Sequence record: LC680885.1
Reading direction: 5' to 3' (one strand)
DNA: 64,000 nucleotides
Shown: piece after piece, positions 30,057 to 40,057 of the stretch
Layout of the letters: every line of letters starts with the position of its first letter
Numbering within the stretch: the stretch's first letter is position 1
Notes under the pieces: model-generated
The model's database searches: none
What the model saw: the letters and a program-made list of their open reading frames with translations, nothing else
What the model was told of the DNA's origin: nothing
Position numbers and translations under genes: made by a program

Positions 30057-30242
30057 ATGACATTTTTAATTGGTATCTTAACTATTATTTTAATTTGTTT
30101 AGTGATAATAGGAGTGTTTTTATTTGTATCAGGTCTGATAAGTTTGTTACTTTCAACAAGTAATTTTGAAGAAGATATAATAACAACGAGTATATCAGGT
30201 TTATTTGCCATCATATTCTTTCTTATACTGTCATCGTTCTAA
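30057..30242 (+). CDS. small two-TM protein
   Basis: Hydrophobic; RBS; similar to 30277. Confidence 0.6.
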   Translation: MTFLIGILTIILICLVIIGVFLFVSGLISLLLSTSNFEEDIITTSISGLFAIIFFLILSSF

Positions 30243-30276
30243 CAAAAATATTTTTTAATAAAAAGGAGAGAAAATT

Positions 30277-30504
30277 ATGTTTGCTTTATTAGGAATATTA
30301 GCAATAATATTTTTATTATTAATATTTATAGGTTTACCTTTATTTGTCATGGGAGTAGCTTGCATATTTATGTCACTTTATGAAATCTTTGTGGAAAAAG
30401 AAAAAGATATTGATATGCTACTGACATCAACTTATATAACTCTCGGTTCATCAATGGCATTAGGTTTAGCTATCTTTATATCATTTTGTGTTGAAAACAT
30501 GTAA
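30277..30504 (+). CDS. small two-TM protein
   Basis: Hydrophobic; RBS. Confidence 0.6.
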   Translation: MFALLGILAIIFLLLIFIGLPLFVMGVACIFMSLYEIFVEKEKDIDMLLTSTYITLGSSMALGLAIFISFCVENM

Positions 30505-30531
30505 TCATTTAAAATAAAAAGGAGAAATATT

Positions 30532-32523
30532 ATGTTAAAATTTAATGAAATTAATGAAAGTAATTTAGATGACGTACAAAAATATTTAGAGGAGCAATCT
30601 TATGTATATTATAATACATCAGATCAACCAGAATTAACTGATGAAGAATTTGACAAACTATTAAGAGAATACGAAAAGTTCCGTCCATTTAATGGCGGAG
30701 CTTTACCTTCTAAAGGTAAAAAATTAGTAGATGTTTCACATGAATATCCTGAATTAGTAGGAACAGTTTCTAAGGTTAATTCAGTTGAAGAATTAGCTGA
30801 ATGGATTGAAGAAAAAGGACTAATTAATAGAGAATTATTAATTACACAGAAATATGATGGTAATTCAGTATTAGTTATTTTAACTACTAAAGGAGATTAT
30901 TTAGTAACTAAATCAGCATTAACTAGAGGTAAAGATGGTAAAGGTGCTGACTTAACTGACTTCTTCAGTCATATTAAAATTAAAAAATCAGATGTCGATA
31001 TTAATGCAGTTGATTTATCTGAAGACGATATTGATATCGCTATTAAGTGTGAAGCAGTAATGAGTTATAGTAACTTTAATAAGATTGATGAAGAGTATGC
31101 TAACCCTAGATCAATCGTTGCAGGATTATTAAACTCAGATGATGGATATAAGAAACGTAAGTTAATTAATTTATTACCATTGAGAATTAATATTAGTAAT
31201 AAAGAATTAACTCGACAAGAAGAATTAAATTTAATTTCAGCAATTACTAGTCATAGTACTGTATTTGATCAGCTTGATCCACAGTATAATTTTGTTATGG
31301 AAGATGAACACGATTATAAAGACTTTAATGAATTATATCATCAGATAGCTGATGAAAGAGAGTATTATGAATACATGATTGATGGATTAGTTATTGAAGC
31401 TCTTGATGAAGATGATAGAAATCGTTTAGGTAGATTAAATGATCGTAATAAGTTTGATGTAGCATTGAAATTCCCATATATGACTAAAAAGACTAATGTT
31501 ATTGATATTGAATTTGATGTATCTGAAAATGGTACAGGTAGATATACACCTGTAGTTAGATTTGAACCTATTTATTTTAATGGTGCTAAATGTGAAAGAG
31601 TTTCTATTTCTAACTATAAACGTTTTAAAGAACTTCAATTAGTTAAAGGACAAGAAGTTATTATTGAATATCGTAATGATGTTTTGAGTTATTTAACTCC
31701 ATCTCCTACTAACGAAATTACTGGAGAACCTATACCGTTCATTAAAGAGTGTGTATACTGTGGTGAAGAACTTGAAGTTAATGAAAATGAAACATTTGTA
31801 TCATGTATTAATAACGATTGTGAATGTAGAGTATTAGGTATTATTAACAACTATGTAGATAAAATGAGTATTAAAGGAATTGAATATTCTACTATTAATA
31901 AGCTTTATAAAGGTAACAAACTACCTAACGGAATCCAAAGTTTATATGAAATTGATAAAAACGATATTATGCAAGTAGATACTTTTAAAGAAAAATCAGC
32001 TCAGAATATTATTAATACAATTCATAAAAATAAAGAATATTATGACTATGATGTATTAGGTTCATTAGGATTAAATGGAGTTGGAAGAACTACATTTAAA
32101 TTAGTTACTAAAGTCTATGATCCACAAGAAATAGATTATACAGATTTAAGTATTAAAGATTTAACTTCTATTAAAGGAATCGCTGATATTACTGCTGAGA
32201 TTATTATTAATGGTTATAAACAGAATAAAGATTTAATTGAATTCTTATTTAATGAATTGGATGTTAAATCACTTAAAAAAGAAATGGAAGCTAATAAAGA
32301 TGATTCAGTTGAGCCAATGAATATTGTATTTAGTGGATTTAGAGATGCTGAATTTAAAGAACAGTTAGAACTTAAAGGTCATAAAGTAACTTCATCAGTT
32401 TCAGGTAAGACTGATTTATTAGTTACTCCAGATCCAAATTCAGGTTCATCTAAGATTAATAAAGCTAAAGAAAAAGGTATCAAGATCATTGATATTGAAA
32501 GTTCTAAAGGTGAGTTGTTATAA
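30532..32523 (+). CDS. ligA: NAD-dependent DNA ligase
   Basis: YYN..P.LTDEEFD, KYDG adenylation motif, DGLV, ALKFP, TGRYTPV, Cys4 Zn finger, HhH, BRCT (SVSGKTDLLV). Confidence 0.93.
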   Translation: MLKFNEINESNLDDVQKYLEEQSYVYYNTSDQPELTDEEFDKLLREYEKFRPFNGGALPSKGKKLVDVSHEYPELVGTVSKVNSVEELAEWIEEKGLINRELLITQKYDGNSVLVILTTKGDYLVTKSALTRGKDGKGADLTDFFSHIKIKKSDVDINAVDLSEDDIDIAIKCEAVMSYSNFNKIDEEYANPRSIVAGLLNSDDGYKKRKLINLLPLRINISNKELTRQEELNLISAITSHSTVFDQLDPQYNFVMEDEHDYKDFNELYHQIADEREYYEYMIDGLVIEALDEDDRNRLGRLNDRNKFDVALKFPYMTKKTNVIDIEFDVSENGTGRYTPVVRFEPIYFNGAKCERVSISNYKRFKELQLVKGQEVIIEYRNDVLSYLTPSPTNEITGEPIPFIKECVYCGEELEVNENETFVSCINNDCECRVLGIINNYVDKMSIKGIEYSTINKLYKGNKLPNGIQSLYEIDKNDIMQVDTFKEKSAQNIINTIHKNKEYYDYDVLGSLGLNGVGRTTFKLVTKVYDPQEIDYTDLSIKDLTSIKGIADITAEIIINGYKQNKDLIEFLFNELDVKSLKKEMEANKDDSVEPMNIVFSGFRDAEFKEQLELKGHKVTSSVSGKTDLLVTPDPNSGSSKINKAKEKGIKIIDIESSKGELL

Positions 32524-32970
32524 ATGAAATATTATAAGGTTAATTATAATGGTATATTGAAAATATTGAATCTAGATGATTTTGAAGATGATAGAATTAT
32601 TGAAACACTTAGTAATATTGAGTTATATTTAAAAGAAGATGAAGAAATTAGATTATTGGATTTATTTAAAAAGCCAACTATAGCAATGGACACTCGAATT
32701 ACAAAAGAAAGAGATAACCTTTATATGAATGGTCATCTCTTTTTAGAAGTTGAGAATGCATCATGTAAACTATGGAGTTACCATATTAATTTAAATGGTG
32801 ACGAAACATTAAATGAAATATATGAAAGGATATATAACGGATACGATAAAATTTTCTCTTTTAATAAAATGAGAGAAGATGGTCTATTATTTTTATATGA
32901 ATATGAACATTATACAGAAATATCTGAAAAAGAATATAAAGAAAATAAGGTTAAAGAAAATTTTAAATAA
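32524..32970 (+). CDS. C-terminal-tag family protein (MKYY..G subfamily)
   Basis: MKYYKV..GIL; ends EISEKEYKENKVKENFK. Confidence 0.75.
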   Translation: MKYYKVNYNGILKILNLDDFEDDRIIETLSNIELYLKEDEEIRLLDLFKKPTIAMDTRITKERDNLYMNGHLFLEVENASCKLWSYHINLNGDETLNEIYERIYNGYDKIFSFNKMREDGLLFLYEYEHYTEISEKEYKENKVKENFK

Positions 32971-32988
32971 AAAAGGAGATTTTAAATT

Positions 32989-33441
32989 ATGAAATATTAT
33001 ATTTTAACACAACAGGGGATTGCTGAAGTTTTAGGTATTGATAGTGAATCGGTTTATTGCTATAGAAATTTATTTAGAGATGATGAATTATATTTAAAAG
33101 AAGATGAAGAAATTAAATTTTCAGAAATTATTACTAATCAAACACCGGATATAGAATACAAAGTTGTTGGAACAAATAAAGATACCGTAACAGTGATAGC
33201 TTATATGGAAATAGATTTAGGTGAAGGAGATTATCATCAAATTGGATCTTGCAGAATGAAATTAGATAAAGATAGAACTCTAGAAGAAGTATACAATATT
33301 GTATATGAGAAAATGTCCAATAGAACTTTTTCATTCAATAAAGCTAAAGAAATGGGTATATCTTTATATGAAGAGAGTGATTATGAAGAAGTATCTAAAA
33401 AAGAATATAAAAAATACAAAGTAGAGAATAATTTTAAATAA
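32989..33441 (+). CDS. C-terminal-tag family protein
   Basis: Ends EVSKKEYKKYKVENNFK. Confidence 0.75.
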   Translation: MKYYILTQQGIAEVLGIDSESVYCYRNLFRDDELYLKEDEEIKFSEIITNQTPDIEYKVVGTNKDTVTVIAYMEIDLGEGDYHQIGSCRMKLDKDRTLEEVYNIVYEKMSNRTFSFNKAKEMGISLYEESDYEEVSKKEYKKYKVENNFK

Positions 33442-33461
33442 TGGAATGAGTTGTTATTGTT

Positions 33462-33941
33462 ATGGAAAAATATTATAGATTAACTTTAGAGGGTGTTAGT
33501 TTTATTTTAAATGATTGTGAAGAAAACGATATAGTTAAATCAACTTATAATGAAGATGAAAATTATGTACATTTAGAATCTTTATTAAATGTAGGAATGC
33601 CTTATGAAACTATATATTTTAAAGATAGACATAAAATAGTATTTAAAGAAAATGAAAATATATTCAAGACATTGATAAATTCAATTAAAAATAAATATTA
33701 TGACTTTGATGATAAAAATATGGAATTTCAAGTAGGCATTGGTGATGATGAAATAAAGGTCAAATCACCGATGCCAGTATTTTCTAAAGTGAATATATTT
33801 AATTTTAAAGTTAATAAAGAAATGGACATTATTGATTTTATGGACAATTATAAAATTAATGTATTAATTAAAGATAAGCATTACATTGAAATTACTGAAA
33901 AAGAATATAAAAATATTATAATTAAAAATACATTTAAATAA
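33462..33941 (+). CDS. C-terminal-tag family protein
   Basis: Ends EITEKEYKNIIIKNTFK. Confidence 0.75.
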   Translation: MEKYYRLTLEGVSFILNDCEENDIVKSTYNEDENYVHLESLLNVGMPYETIYFKDRHKIVFKENENIFKTLINSIKNKYYDFDDKNMEFQVGIGDDEIKVKSPMPVFSKVNIFNFKVNKEMDIIDFMDNYKINVLIKDKHYIEITEKEYKNIIIKNTFK

Positions 33942-33969
33942 TAAGGAGATTTTATAATTGAAATATTAT
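33933..33969 (+). repeat. 37-bp gene-junction direct repeat (identical copy at 34878-34914)
   Basis: TTTAAATAATAAGGAGATTTTATAATTGAAATATTAT. Confidence 0.85.
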
Positions 33970-34416
33970 GAATTTAATAAAAAAGGAATTATTAAAATAT
34001 TAGGATTAGATACAGCTTATTTAAGAGAAGATGAAGATATTTTTAGAGAAGGAAATCTTTATTTAAAAGAAAATGAATCAATAAAAATAAAAGATATTAT
34101 AACAAATAAAAAAGATATGAAATTTAATTGCAGTCTTTATGAAGGATCTGAAGATAGCTCATTAATGAAAGCTAATTTAACTTTCAGACATGGGTCAGGG
34201 CAACTTTTATTGAATATTGAATATATTGATTTAAAAGAAATAAAAGATCACACTGTTGAAGAAGTTTACAAATACGCTAAAGATTTAGTTTTAAATAAAA
34301 CATTTTCTTTTAATAAAGCTGAAGAGCTTGGTATATGTTTATATGAAGGAAAAGAATATGAAGAAATTACTGAGGAAGAATATAAAAAATACAAAGTAGA
34401 AAATACTTTTAAATAA
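33958..34416 (+). CDS. C-terminal-tag family protein
   Basis: Ends EITEEEYKKYKVENTFK. Confidence 0.75.
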   Translation: MKYYEFNKKGIIKILGLDTAYLREDEDIFREGNLYLKENESIKIKDIITNKKDMKFNCSLYEGSEDSSLMKANLTFRHGSGQLLLNIEYIDLKEIKDHTVEEVYKYAKDLVLNKTFSFNKAEELGICLYEGKEYEEITEEEYKKYKVENTFK

Positions 34417-34436
34417 TGAAATGAGGTGTTATTGTT

Positions 34437-34886
34437 ATGGACAAATATTATAAATTAACAGCGGAAGGTATATTTGATGTTTTCAAATTAGATAAAAAAC
34501 ACATTATATTCCCAGAAGATAAAAATACAATAATAGATTTCAGATCAAAGGAAGAACGTATAGAGAAAATTAATGAACTTATATACTTTAAAGATAATCA
34601 AGAAATAACAATAAACTCATTATCTAATTTAACAGACAATATCGTAATAGATAAATCAGGTTCTAAATATACATTTAACCATTTAATAGAAATATCATTC
34701 ACTACTTTTAGTCATAAAAAAAGATATAACAAAACAATCAATGTACCGAATGTATTTAAAGGAACTGTAAGAGAAAATAGTAGTAGAAGTGCCTTAGATA
34801 TACCGATAGATATCAACAATATTGATAAAATAGAATTAACATTTAAAGAATATAAAGATCTAGTAATAAAAGAAACTTTTAAATAA
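34437..34886 (+). CDS. C-terminal-tag family protein
   Basis: Ends ELTFKEYKDLVIKETFK. Confidence 0.75.
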   Translation: MDKYYKLTAEGIFDVFKLDKKHIIFPEDKNTIIDFRSKEERIEKINELIYFKDNQEITINSLSNLTDNIVIDKSGSKYTFNHLIEISFTTFSHKKRYNKTINVPNVFKGTVRENSSRSALDIPIDINNIDKIELTFKEYKDLVIKETFK

Positions 34887-34902
34887 TAAGGAGATTTTAT
34901 AA

Positions 34903-35352
34903 TTGAAATATTATAAATTAAATAAGGATGGTTATATTAAATTTTTAGGGTTAGATGTTTTGCCTGGACTTAAAACCTCAATTGTTGAAAAAGAAATAAA
35001 AAATAAAAACTTCATTGTCAAATATTGCAATGGAGCAGATTTTTGTTTTACATTAGATGAAATTAATAAAATGAAAAACAAAGATATTTACCCTAAACTT
35101 GGATTTGAAAGTCTAACTGAAAAAGTTAATCATGAAATAGAAAATAATCCAATAGTATTTGTTAATAGAAAATATGAAGATGCTAAAGCTTTAATTCATG
35201 TAGATTTAATTATTAATAATGAAGAAACTACATTAATGACTATGCCAAGATTTAATATTAATTTTTTAAATCATAATTTGTATATGGAACACTTTGATGA
35301 AATAACAGAGAAACAGTATAAAAATATTATGGTAAAAGATTCATTTAAGTAA
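34903..35352 (+). CDS. C-terminal-tag family protein
   Basis: Ends EITEKQYKNIMVKDSFK. Confidence 0.75.
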   Translation: MKYYKLNKDGYIKFLGLDVLPGLKTSIVEKEIKNKNFIVKYCNGADFCFTLDEINKMKNKDIYPKLGFESLTEKVNHEIENNPIVFVNRKYEDAKALIHVDLIINNEETTLMTMPRFNINFLNHNLYMEHFDEITEKQYKNIMVKDSFK

Positions 35353-35367
35353 AACTCAATTTAAATA

Positions 35368-35382
35368 TATATTATAAAATTG
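35368..35382 (+). promoter_or_regulatory. putative early promoter TATATTAT-N5-TG
   Basis: Consensus; hairpin GAAAGATGTAT/ATACATCTTTC follows. Confidence 0.75.
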
Positions 35383-35434
35383 TGAAAGATGTATGATACT
35401 TATACATCTTTCTAAAATATTTATTTAAAGAGAG

Positions 35435-35863
35435 GTGAAAAAGATAATGAGTTCTAATTTTGATTATTATATATTGCAATCGAGTATTTCAGAAGCTAGA
35501 AAAAGGATTAAGAATAATCTAGATGTAAATGGATATATGGTTATAAGACAAATATTTTTCAGTCATTTAGATTATAAAGATTATTATAATATGTATCATA
35601 AAGTAAATAATGTAGAAGATTATTACAATGATATTATATTAGAAAGTATTAAGGATATTATATTTGATGAAGAAGGTAAACTTAATGAAGAAGTAGCATT
35701 TAGTTTAATTAGAGGTTCTAATTCGAATATATGTGCTTTAATTAAAGATAATAAAGGCAATTACAAAATTTATAAAAAAGATAAATATGTAATTAAAGCT
35801 ATAGAAGATTTATTATCTGAGAAAGATTATAAAAGAATATTGGTTAAAAATACTTTTAAATAA
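35435..35863 (+). CDS. C-terminal-tag family protein
   Basis: Ends LLSEKDYKRILVKNTFK. Confidence 0.7.
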   Translation: MKKIMSSNFDYYILQSSISEARKRIKNNLDVNGYMVIRQIFFSHLDYKDYYNMYHKVNNVEDYYNDIILESIKDIIFDEEGKLNEEVAFSLIRGSNSNICALIKDNKGNYKIYKKDKYVIKAIEDLLSEKDYKRILVKNTFK

Positions 35864-35908
35864 TTTGAAAGTGAATGCAACTTACTTTTATTATATTACA
35901 AGTGAGAG

Positions 35909-36574
35909 TTGGTGATTTTATTGATAAAAATGCATTTAATAAACTTTCAAAAAAGGTCTATGAATAGTTATAAGAAGAATTTAAACACAATTGTACTTTT
36001 CATAGATTATGATAAAAATATTTTCAACCAAATTAATAATCAATTAGTTATAGATGTATTAGGTAATGATACTATAAGATTAAATAATGCTAATTATTCA
36101 TTAATGTTAGATGAGAAGATTTTTAGTTCTGAAAGGACAACAATTGATTTCTATAATAAAATAGTAAATAATGATATATTAAATATTATTAAAGAAAATA
36201 TATCTAATGTAGATAATTATTCTAAATTAAAAGAAATCAATAATATGACTGATAGTGAATTTAATGATATTATTAATAAAGATAATTTATTTAAATGTCA
36301 AAATAAATACTTCAGTATGAATAAAATACCTTATATAGAAAAAGAAATACCTGAAAGTTTTTATCTAGATCATTTTAAAGAGATTAATTTAGATTTTATA
36401 TTTGAGAAGCTTTTTGAAGAGAATAGAGAAGATGAAGAAAAATTAAAGTACGTTTATACTTTAGCTGAATTATTTCTAACACTCAAACAAGGTAAGAATA
36501 TATTTTATAATTATAATAAAGAGGTAGATAAGAAATATTATAGATCTATATTTATAAATTCTTTATTTAATTAA
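35909..36574 (+). CDS. hypothetical protein with a divergent C-terminal tag
   Basis: Ends EVDKKYYRSIFINSLFN; start uncertain. Confidence 0.6.
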   Translation: MVILLIKMHLINFQKRSMNSYKKNLNTIVLFIDYDKNIFNQINNQLVIDVLGNDTIRLNNANYSLMLDEKIFSSERTTIDFYNKIVNNDILNIIKENISNVDNYSKLKEINNMTDSEFNDIINKDNLFKCQNKYFSMNKIPYIEKEIPESFYLDHFKEINLDFIFEKLFEENREDEEKLKYVYTLAELFLTLKQGKNIFYNYNKEVDKKYYRSIFINSLFN

Positions 36575-36575
36575 T

Positions 36576-36893
36576 ATGATAAGAAAGGAGAGAAATAATA
36601 TGAAGAAAATATACGGATTTAAAATAAAATATAATAAAAAAGTGGTAGATACTTTCACTTTTGAAAGTTTTGAAGAAGCTATGAATAAACTAGAATTATC
36701 ATTATTAGAAATTTATGACTCAGAAGATTTTACAACTATGCAATTAATTTTAAACACATATGACATTGAAGAAATTAATGAAGATAGTTTTAAAGATAAA
36801 TTAAGACTAAATCATCTTAATCACATTAAGAATTTTAGTATTGAATTGTTTTCTAAATATATTAACAATAATAAGGAAGAAGGAATTGCGTAA
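36576..36893 (+). CDS. hypothetical protein (likely start at the second Met)
   Basis: AAGGAG RBS lies inside the called N-terminus. Confidence 0.6.
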   Translation: MIRKERNNMKKIYGFKIKYNKKVVDTFTFESFEEAMNKLELSLLEIYDSEDFTTMQLILNTYDIEEINEDSFKDKLRLNHLNHIKNFSIELFSKYINNNKEEGIA

Positions 36894-37108
36894 TGTTCGA
36901 GGAAAGTAAAGTACCATTTTCATTTATTTATAAAGAAACTAAATACTTCTTACACAGAAGAAATATTAAGAATTTCCCTAATGGAGATTCTGAATTCTTA
37001 TTGTATGGAGATGAAAATGGGAAGTCATTCATAATAGAAGAAAGTAAATTAGAAAACTTAATTGAACAACATGAAGTTGAAGTATCTTACGAAGAAGATA
37101 TTATTTAA
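36893..37108 (+). CDS. hypothetical protein
   Basis: Start overlaps the previous stop. Confidence 0.55.
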   Translation: MFEESKVPFSFIYKETKYFLHRRNIKNFPNGDSEFLLYGDENGKSFIIEESKLENLIEQHEVEVSYEEDII

Positions 37109-37111
37109 ATA

Positions 37112-37126
37112 TATATTATTAAATTG
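37112..37126 (+). promoter_or_regulatory. putative early promoter TATATTAT-N5-TG
   Basis: Consensus; GAGGTAATG hairpin starts at the final G. Confidence 0.75.
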
Positions 37127-37162
37127 AGGTAATGACATACAATTTGTCATTACCTCTAATAT
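37126..37162 (+). repeat. GAGGTAATG hairpin repeat, copy 4
   Basis: 12-bp stem plus TAATAT. Confidence 0.85.
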
Positions 37163-37189
37163 ATTAAACAATCAAAGGAGAAAACGATC

Positions 37190-37573
37190 ATGAAGAAATT
37201 TTTAGTATTACCATTATTATTCGTTTTATTATTAACAGGGTGCTCTCAAGCTGATAAAGTTAGTCAGAATATGTCTGAAGAGTCAGATAATTTTAATGTA
37301 GTTAGAAAAGTAACTGTCATTAATGCAATTAAAAATGACATAATATTCCAAATGTCTGGACGTATGTCTATTAAAGCAGATAATGAGGATAACCAATTAG
37401 AAATAGTTGTAGAAAATGAAGATGGCAAATATCAGAAACATATCATTGGTTTATCTGATAATGTTTCATATACTGTTGAAGATGTTACAACTAAAAATGT
37501 AAGTAAATATCAATATGAAATTAATTATAATCCTAAAATGTGGATCCCTGCAAAACCAGATTATAAAGATTAA
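37190..37573 (+). CDS. phage lipoprotein
   Basis: Lipobox LTGC; beta-rich body of a type common in Firmicutes phages. Confidence 0.8.
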   Translation: MKKFLVLPLLFVLLLTGCSQADKVSQNMSEESDNFNVVRKVTVINAIKNDIIFQMSGRMSIKADNEDNQLEIVVENEDGKYQKHIIGLSDNVSYTVEDVTTKNVSKYQYEINYNPKMWIPAKPDYKD

Positions 37574-37598
37574 TATAATAGAATGGAGAGTATGATTT

Positions 37599-37895
37599 AT
37601 GTCTAAGAAAAAGAAATTAGAAAAAAGACTTAATGTAAGAATTAATCAAGAACAAAAGAAAGCTATTTTAAAACGTGAAGATATCGATAGAATGGATTTT
37701 GAGTTCATTACATTAGATAAAGAGAAACATGATGAAGAAGAAAAATTTGATATCAAAGTAAAATCTAACGATAAGTTTTCTCTAATTATCATTATTAAAT
37801 TCTTTTCTAAATTGTTGAATTTTAGTATTAAAAGAGATAAGAAAAAAGAAGATATAAAAGACGGTAATGAAGATTCTAATTTAGATAAAGAATAA
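37599..37895 (+). CDS. basic hypothetical protein
   Basis: GGAG RBS. Confidence 0.55.
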   Translation: MSKKKKLEKRLNVRINQEQKKAILKREDIDRMDFEFITLDKEKHDEEEKFDIKVKSNDKFSLIIIIKFFSKLLNFSIKRDKKKEDIKDGNEDSNLDKE

Positions 37896-37901
37896 TAAAA
37901 A

Positions 37902-37934
37902 TGCCATAATACACTTAAATTGTGTATTATGGCA
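37902..37934. terminator. bidirectional terminator between convergent genes
   Basis: TGCCATAATACAC/GTGTATTATGGCA, 13 bp. Confidence 0.75.
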
Positions 37935-37940
37935 AATTAT

Positions 37941-38243
37941 TTATTTTTCAGGTTTAAAACGGTCTTTAAGTCTAGGATATAGACGTAGATGCGCTTTACG
38001 AGTAGGATCTGTAACAACAATTTGATTTGTTCTAGGATTTCTACGTTTACGCATATCTTCAGGTTTAACTTCAAGGACACCAATTTCAGGGATAATAGTT
38101 TTAGTTTGATCAGCATCATTTGCAGATTCAACAATTATTTCTATCATCTCATTATAAGCATCAACTAGTTCTCTTTGTGTTAATCCAGTACGTCTAGACC
38201 ATTCTCTAAAGAAGTGTTTTTGATCTTGAATTTGATTTAGCAT
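37941..38243 (-). CDS. hup: HU/IHF-family DNA-binding protein
   Basis: 100 aa; TGLTQ helix, IPEIGVLEV, RKRRNPRT arm, RLKD. Confidence 0.82.
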   Translation of the reverse strand: MLNQIQDQKHFFREWSRRTGLTQRELVDAYNEMIEIIVESANDADQTKTIIPEIGVLEVKPEDMRKRRNPRTNQIVVTDPTRKAHLRLYPRLKDRFKPEK

Positions 38244-38283
38244 TTTATTAGTTCCTTTCCATATAATATATTTTTAATTTTTT

Positions 38284-38295
38284 TAGAAAATTGTT
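38284..38295 (-). promoter_or_regulatory. putative late promoter AACA-N6-TA upstream of hup
   Basis: AACA-ATTTTC-TA on the minus strand; short motif. Confidence 0.35.
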
Positions 38296-38434
38296 AATAT
38301 TTTACTAGCTTTTTTCTAAATTTTATGATATAATATTGTTATGGAATTTCATAGTTGTAAAAAAATAATTTTTTGCAATAACTTAAATTTTTATATGGTT
38401 TCGAATTTTTAATTATAAGGAGAGTCAGATATCG

Positions 38435-40057
38435 TTGGGTAATTATTTAAGAAAAATTACGAAGAATATACAAGATGAGGTCAGTACAAAAGAGTCATTT
38501 AATGAGGATGTAATATACTTTAGGGAGAATGAAAACCTAGAAGATATTATATCTGATATTTACAAATCAGTAGAATTTATTAAAGGCGTAAAATTCATTG
38601 ATTGTAAAGTTGTTCCTCCAAGTGAAGTTTATGAGTACAATCAAATGACAGACAAACAATTTAAAGCAAGAGATTTTAGAAAAATCAACGTAGAAGAATC
38701 AAAACTATTAGAAGTTCAAATTACTGTAGAATTTGAATCAGCTGAAGGGGAAAAAGAATTATACACACATAAATTAGATTTCCCTGAACTTATAGAAGGT
38801 CAGTATTATTATATTAATGATAATAAGTTCTTCCCTATCTTACAATTAGCTGATACTGAATTCTATAAACCTAAAGCAAGTACAGTAGTAATGAAAAACT
38901 TATTACAACCATTATCAGTAAATGGTTCTAAAAAAGATGAACTTATTGATGATGATAAGAAAATGCCTAAGAAGTTAAGAGGTAGAACATTATACTTAGA
39001 AGTATTTAATAAAAATAAACCTGTTCCAGCATTTTTATTCTTTATTGCTAAAATGGGTCTAGATGAAACATTTGAATTCTTAGATATTAAAGAATATTGT
39101 GAATTAGTAGATACCAACGATGAAAAAGATGATGAACACTACTATTTTAGAATTAATAATAAAATAACTATTCAAGTTGATAAAGAATGGTTAGATCAAG
39201 ACGATAGATATAGAACTTCTATGGTCTTATGTATTAAAGATTTATTTAAAGGTATGAGAGCAGGATTAGATAAAGTATATGATAAAGAATTCTGGCTTAA
39301 GAATTTAGGATCTGTATTTAGTGGTTCTACTAACGTTGACACTAAAATTGAAAAATCTAATTCTATGATTTTATCATTTGATAGAATTTTAGATAGTCGT
39401 ACTAAAAATATTTCTAGATTAGATCCAGAAGATAAAGAATCAACTTATCATGTAGTTAAATACATGTTTAAAAACTTTGATAATCTTAATTTATTAGATA
39501 ATACAGATTTAGCTAATAAACGTTTAAGAGTATTAGAATACTTAACTTATCCACTGAATAGAAAGAACTCTGATACATCTTATCGTATGATTAATTTCAC
39601 AGATAAGAAACGTACAATTAAAAATCTTAAAGGATTATTCTCAGGTGTACCTCGTGATTTCTTATTAAAAACTATAGGAACATCTGAAGGAATTAGATAT
39701 TCCAATGCAGTTAATACAATTGACTTATTTACTAGAATTCTTAAAATGACTAAAGCAGGTCCACAAACTGCTGTTGATACTAGTAAACCATCTATTAGAA
39801 CTATTAATATCAATAATACTTATTTCGGTAGAATTGATTTAATAGCAACATCTTCAAACAATCCAGGTATTACACGTACATTAACACCATTCTGTGAGGT
39901 TAAAGATCCTGGTGAGAATGGTTCATTCTATTTTGAAAATAAACCTAACATCAGAGAAAATATTGACACAGATAATTTAGATAAACTAGAGAAAGAATCT
40001 GAAGACAATGAAGTTGTATTAGATATTAAAGAAATTGTAGAAGAGGATGACGAATAA
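38435..40057 (+). CDS. rpoB: Non-virion RNA polymerase beta subunit, N-terminal half
   Basis: LDFPELIEGQYYYIN..FPILQL, DLANKRLR, YFGRIDLIATSSNNPGITRTL (beta GRVCPIETPEG.N.GL region); size fits phiKZ gp123/AR9 gp105-type subunits. Confidence 0.8.
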   Translation: MGNYLRKITKNIQDEVSTKESFNEDVIYFRENENLEDIISDIYKSVEFIKGVKFIDCKVVPPSEVYEYNQMTDKQFKARDFRKINVEESKLLEVQITVEFESAEGEKELYTHKLDFPELIEGQYYYINDNKFFPILQLADTEFYKPKASTVVMKNLLQPLSVNGSKKDELIDDDKKMPKKLRGRTLYLEVFNKNKPVPAFLFFIAKMGLDETFEFLDIKEYCELVDTNDEKDDEHYYFRINNKITIQVDKEWLDQDDRYRTSMVLCIKDLFKGMRAGLDKVYDKEFWLKNLGSVFSGSTNVDTKIEKSNSMILSFDRILDSRTKNISRLDPEDKESTYHVVKYMFKNFDNLNLLDNTDLANKRLRVLEYLTYPLNRKNSDTSYRMINFTDKKRTIKNLKGLFSGVPRDFLLKTIGTSEGIRYSNAVNTIDLFTRILKMTKAGPQTAVDTSKPSIRTININNTYFGRIDLIATSSNNPGITRTLTPFCEVKDPGENGSFYFENKPNIRENIDTDNLDKLEKESEDNEVVLDIKEIVEEDDE

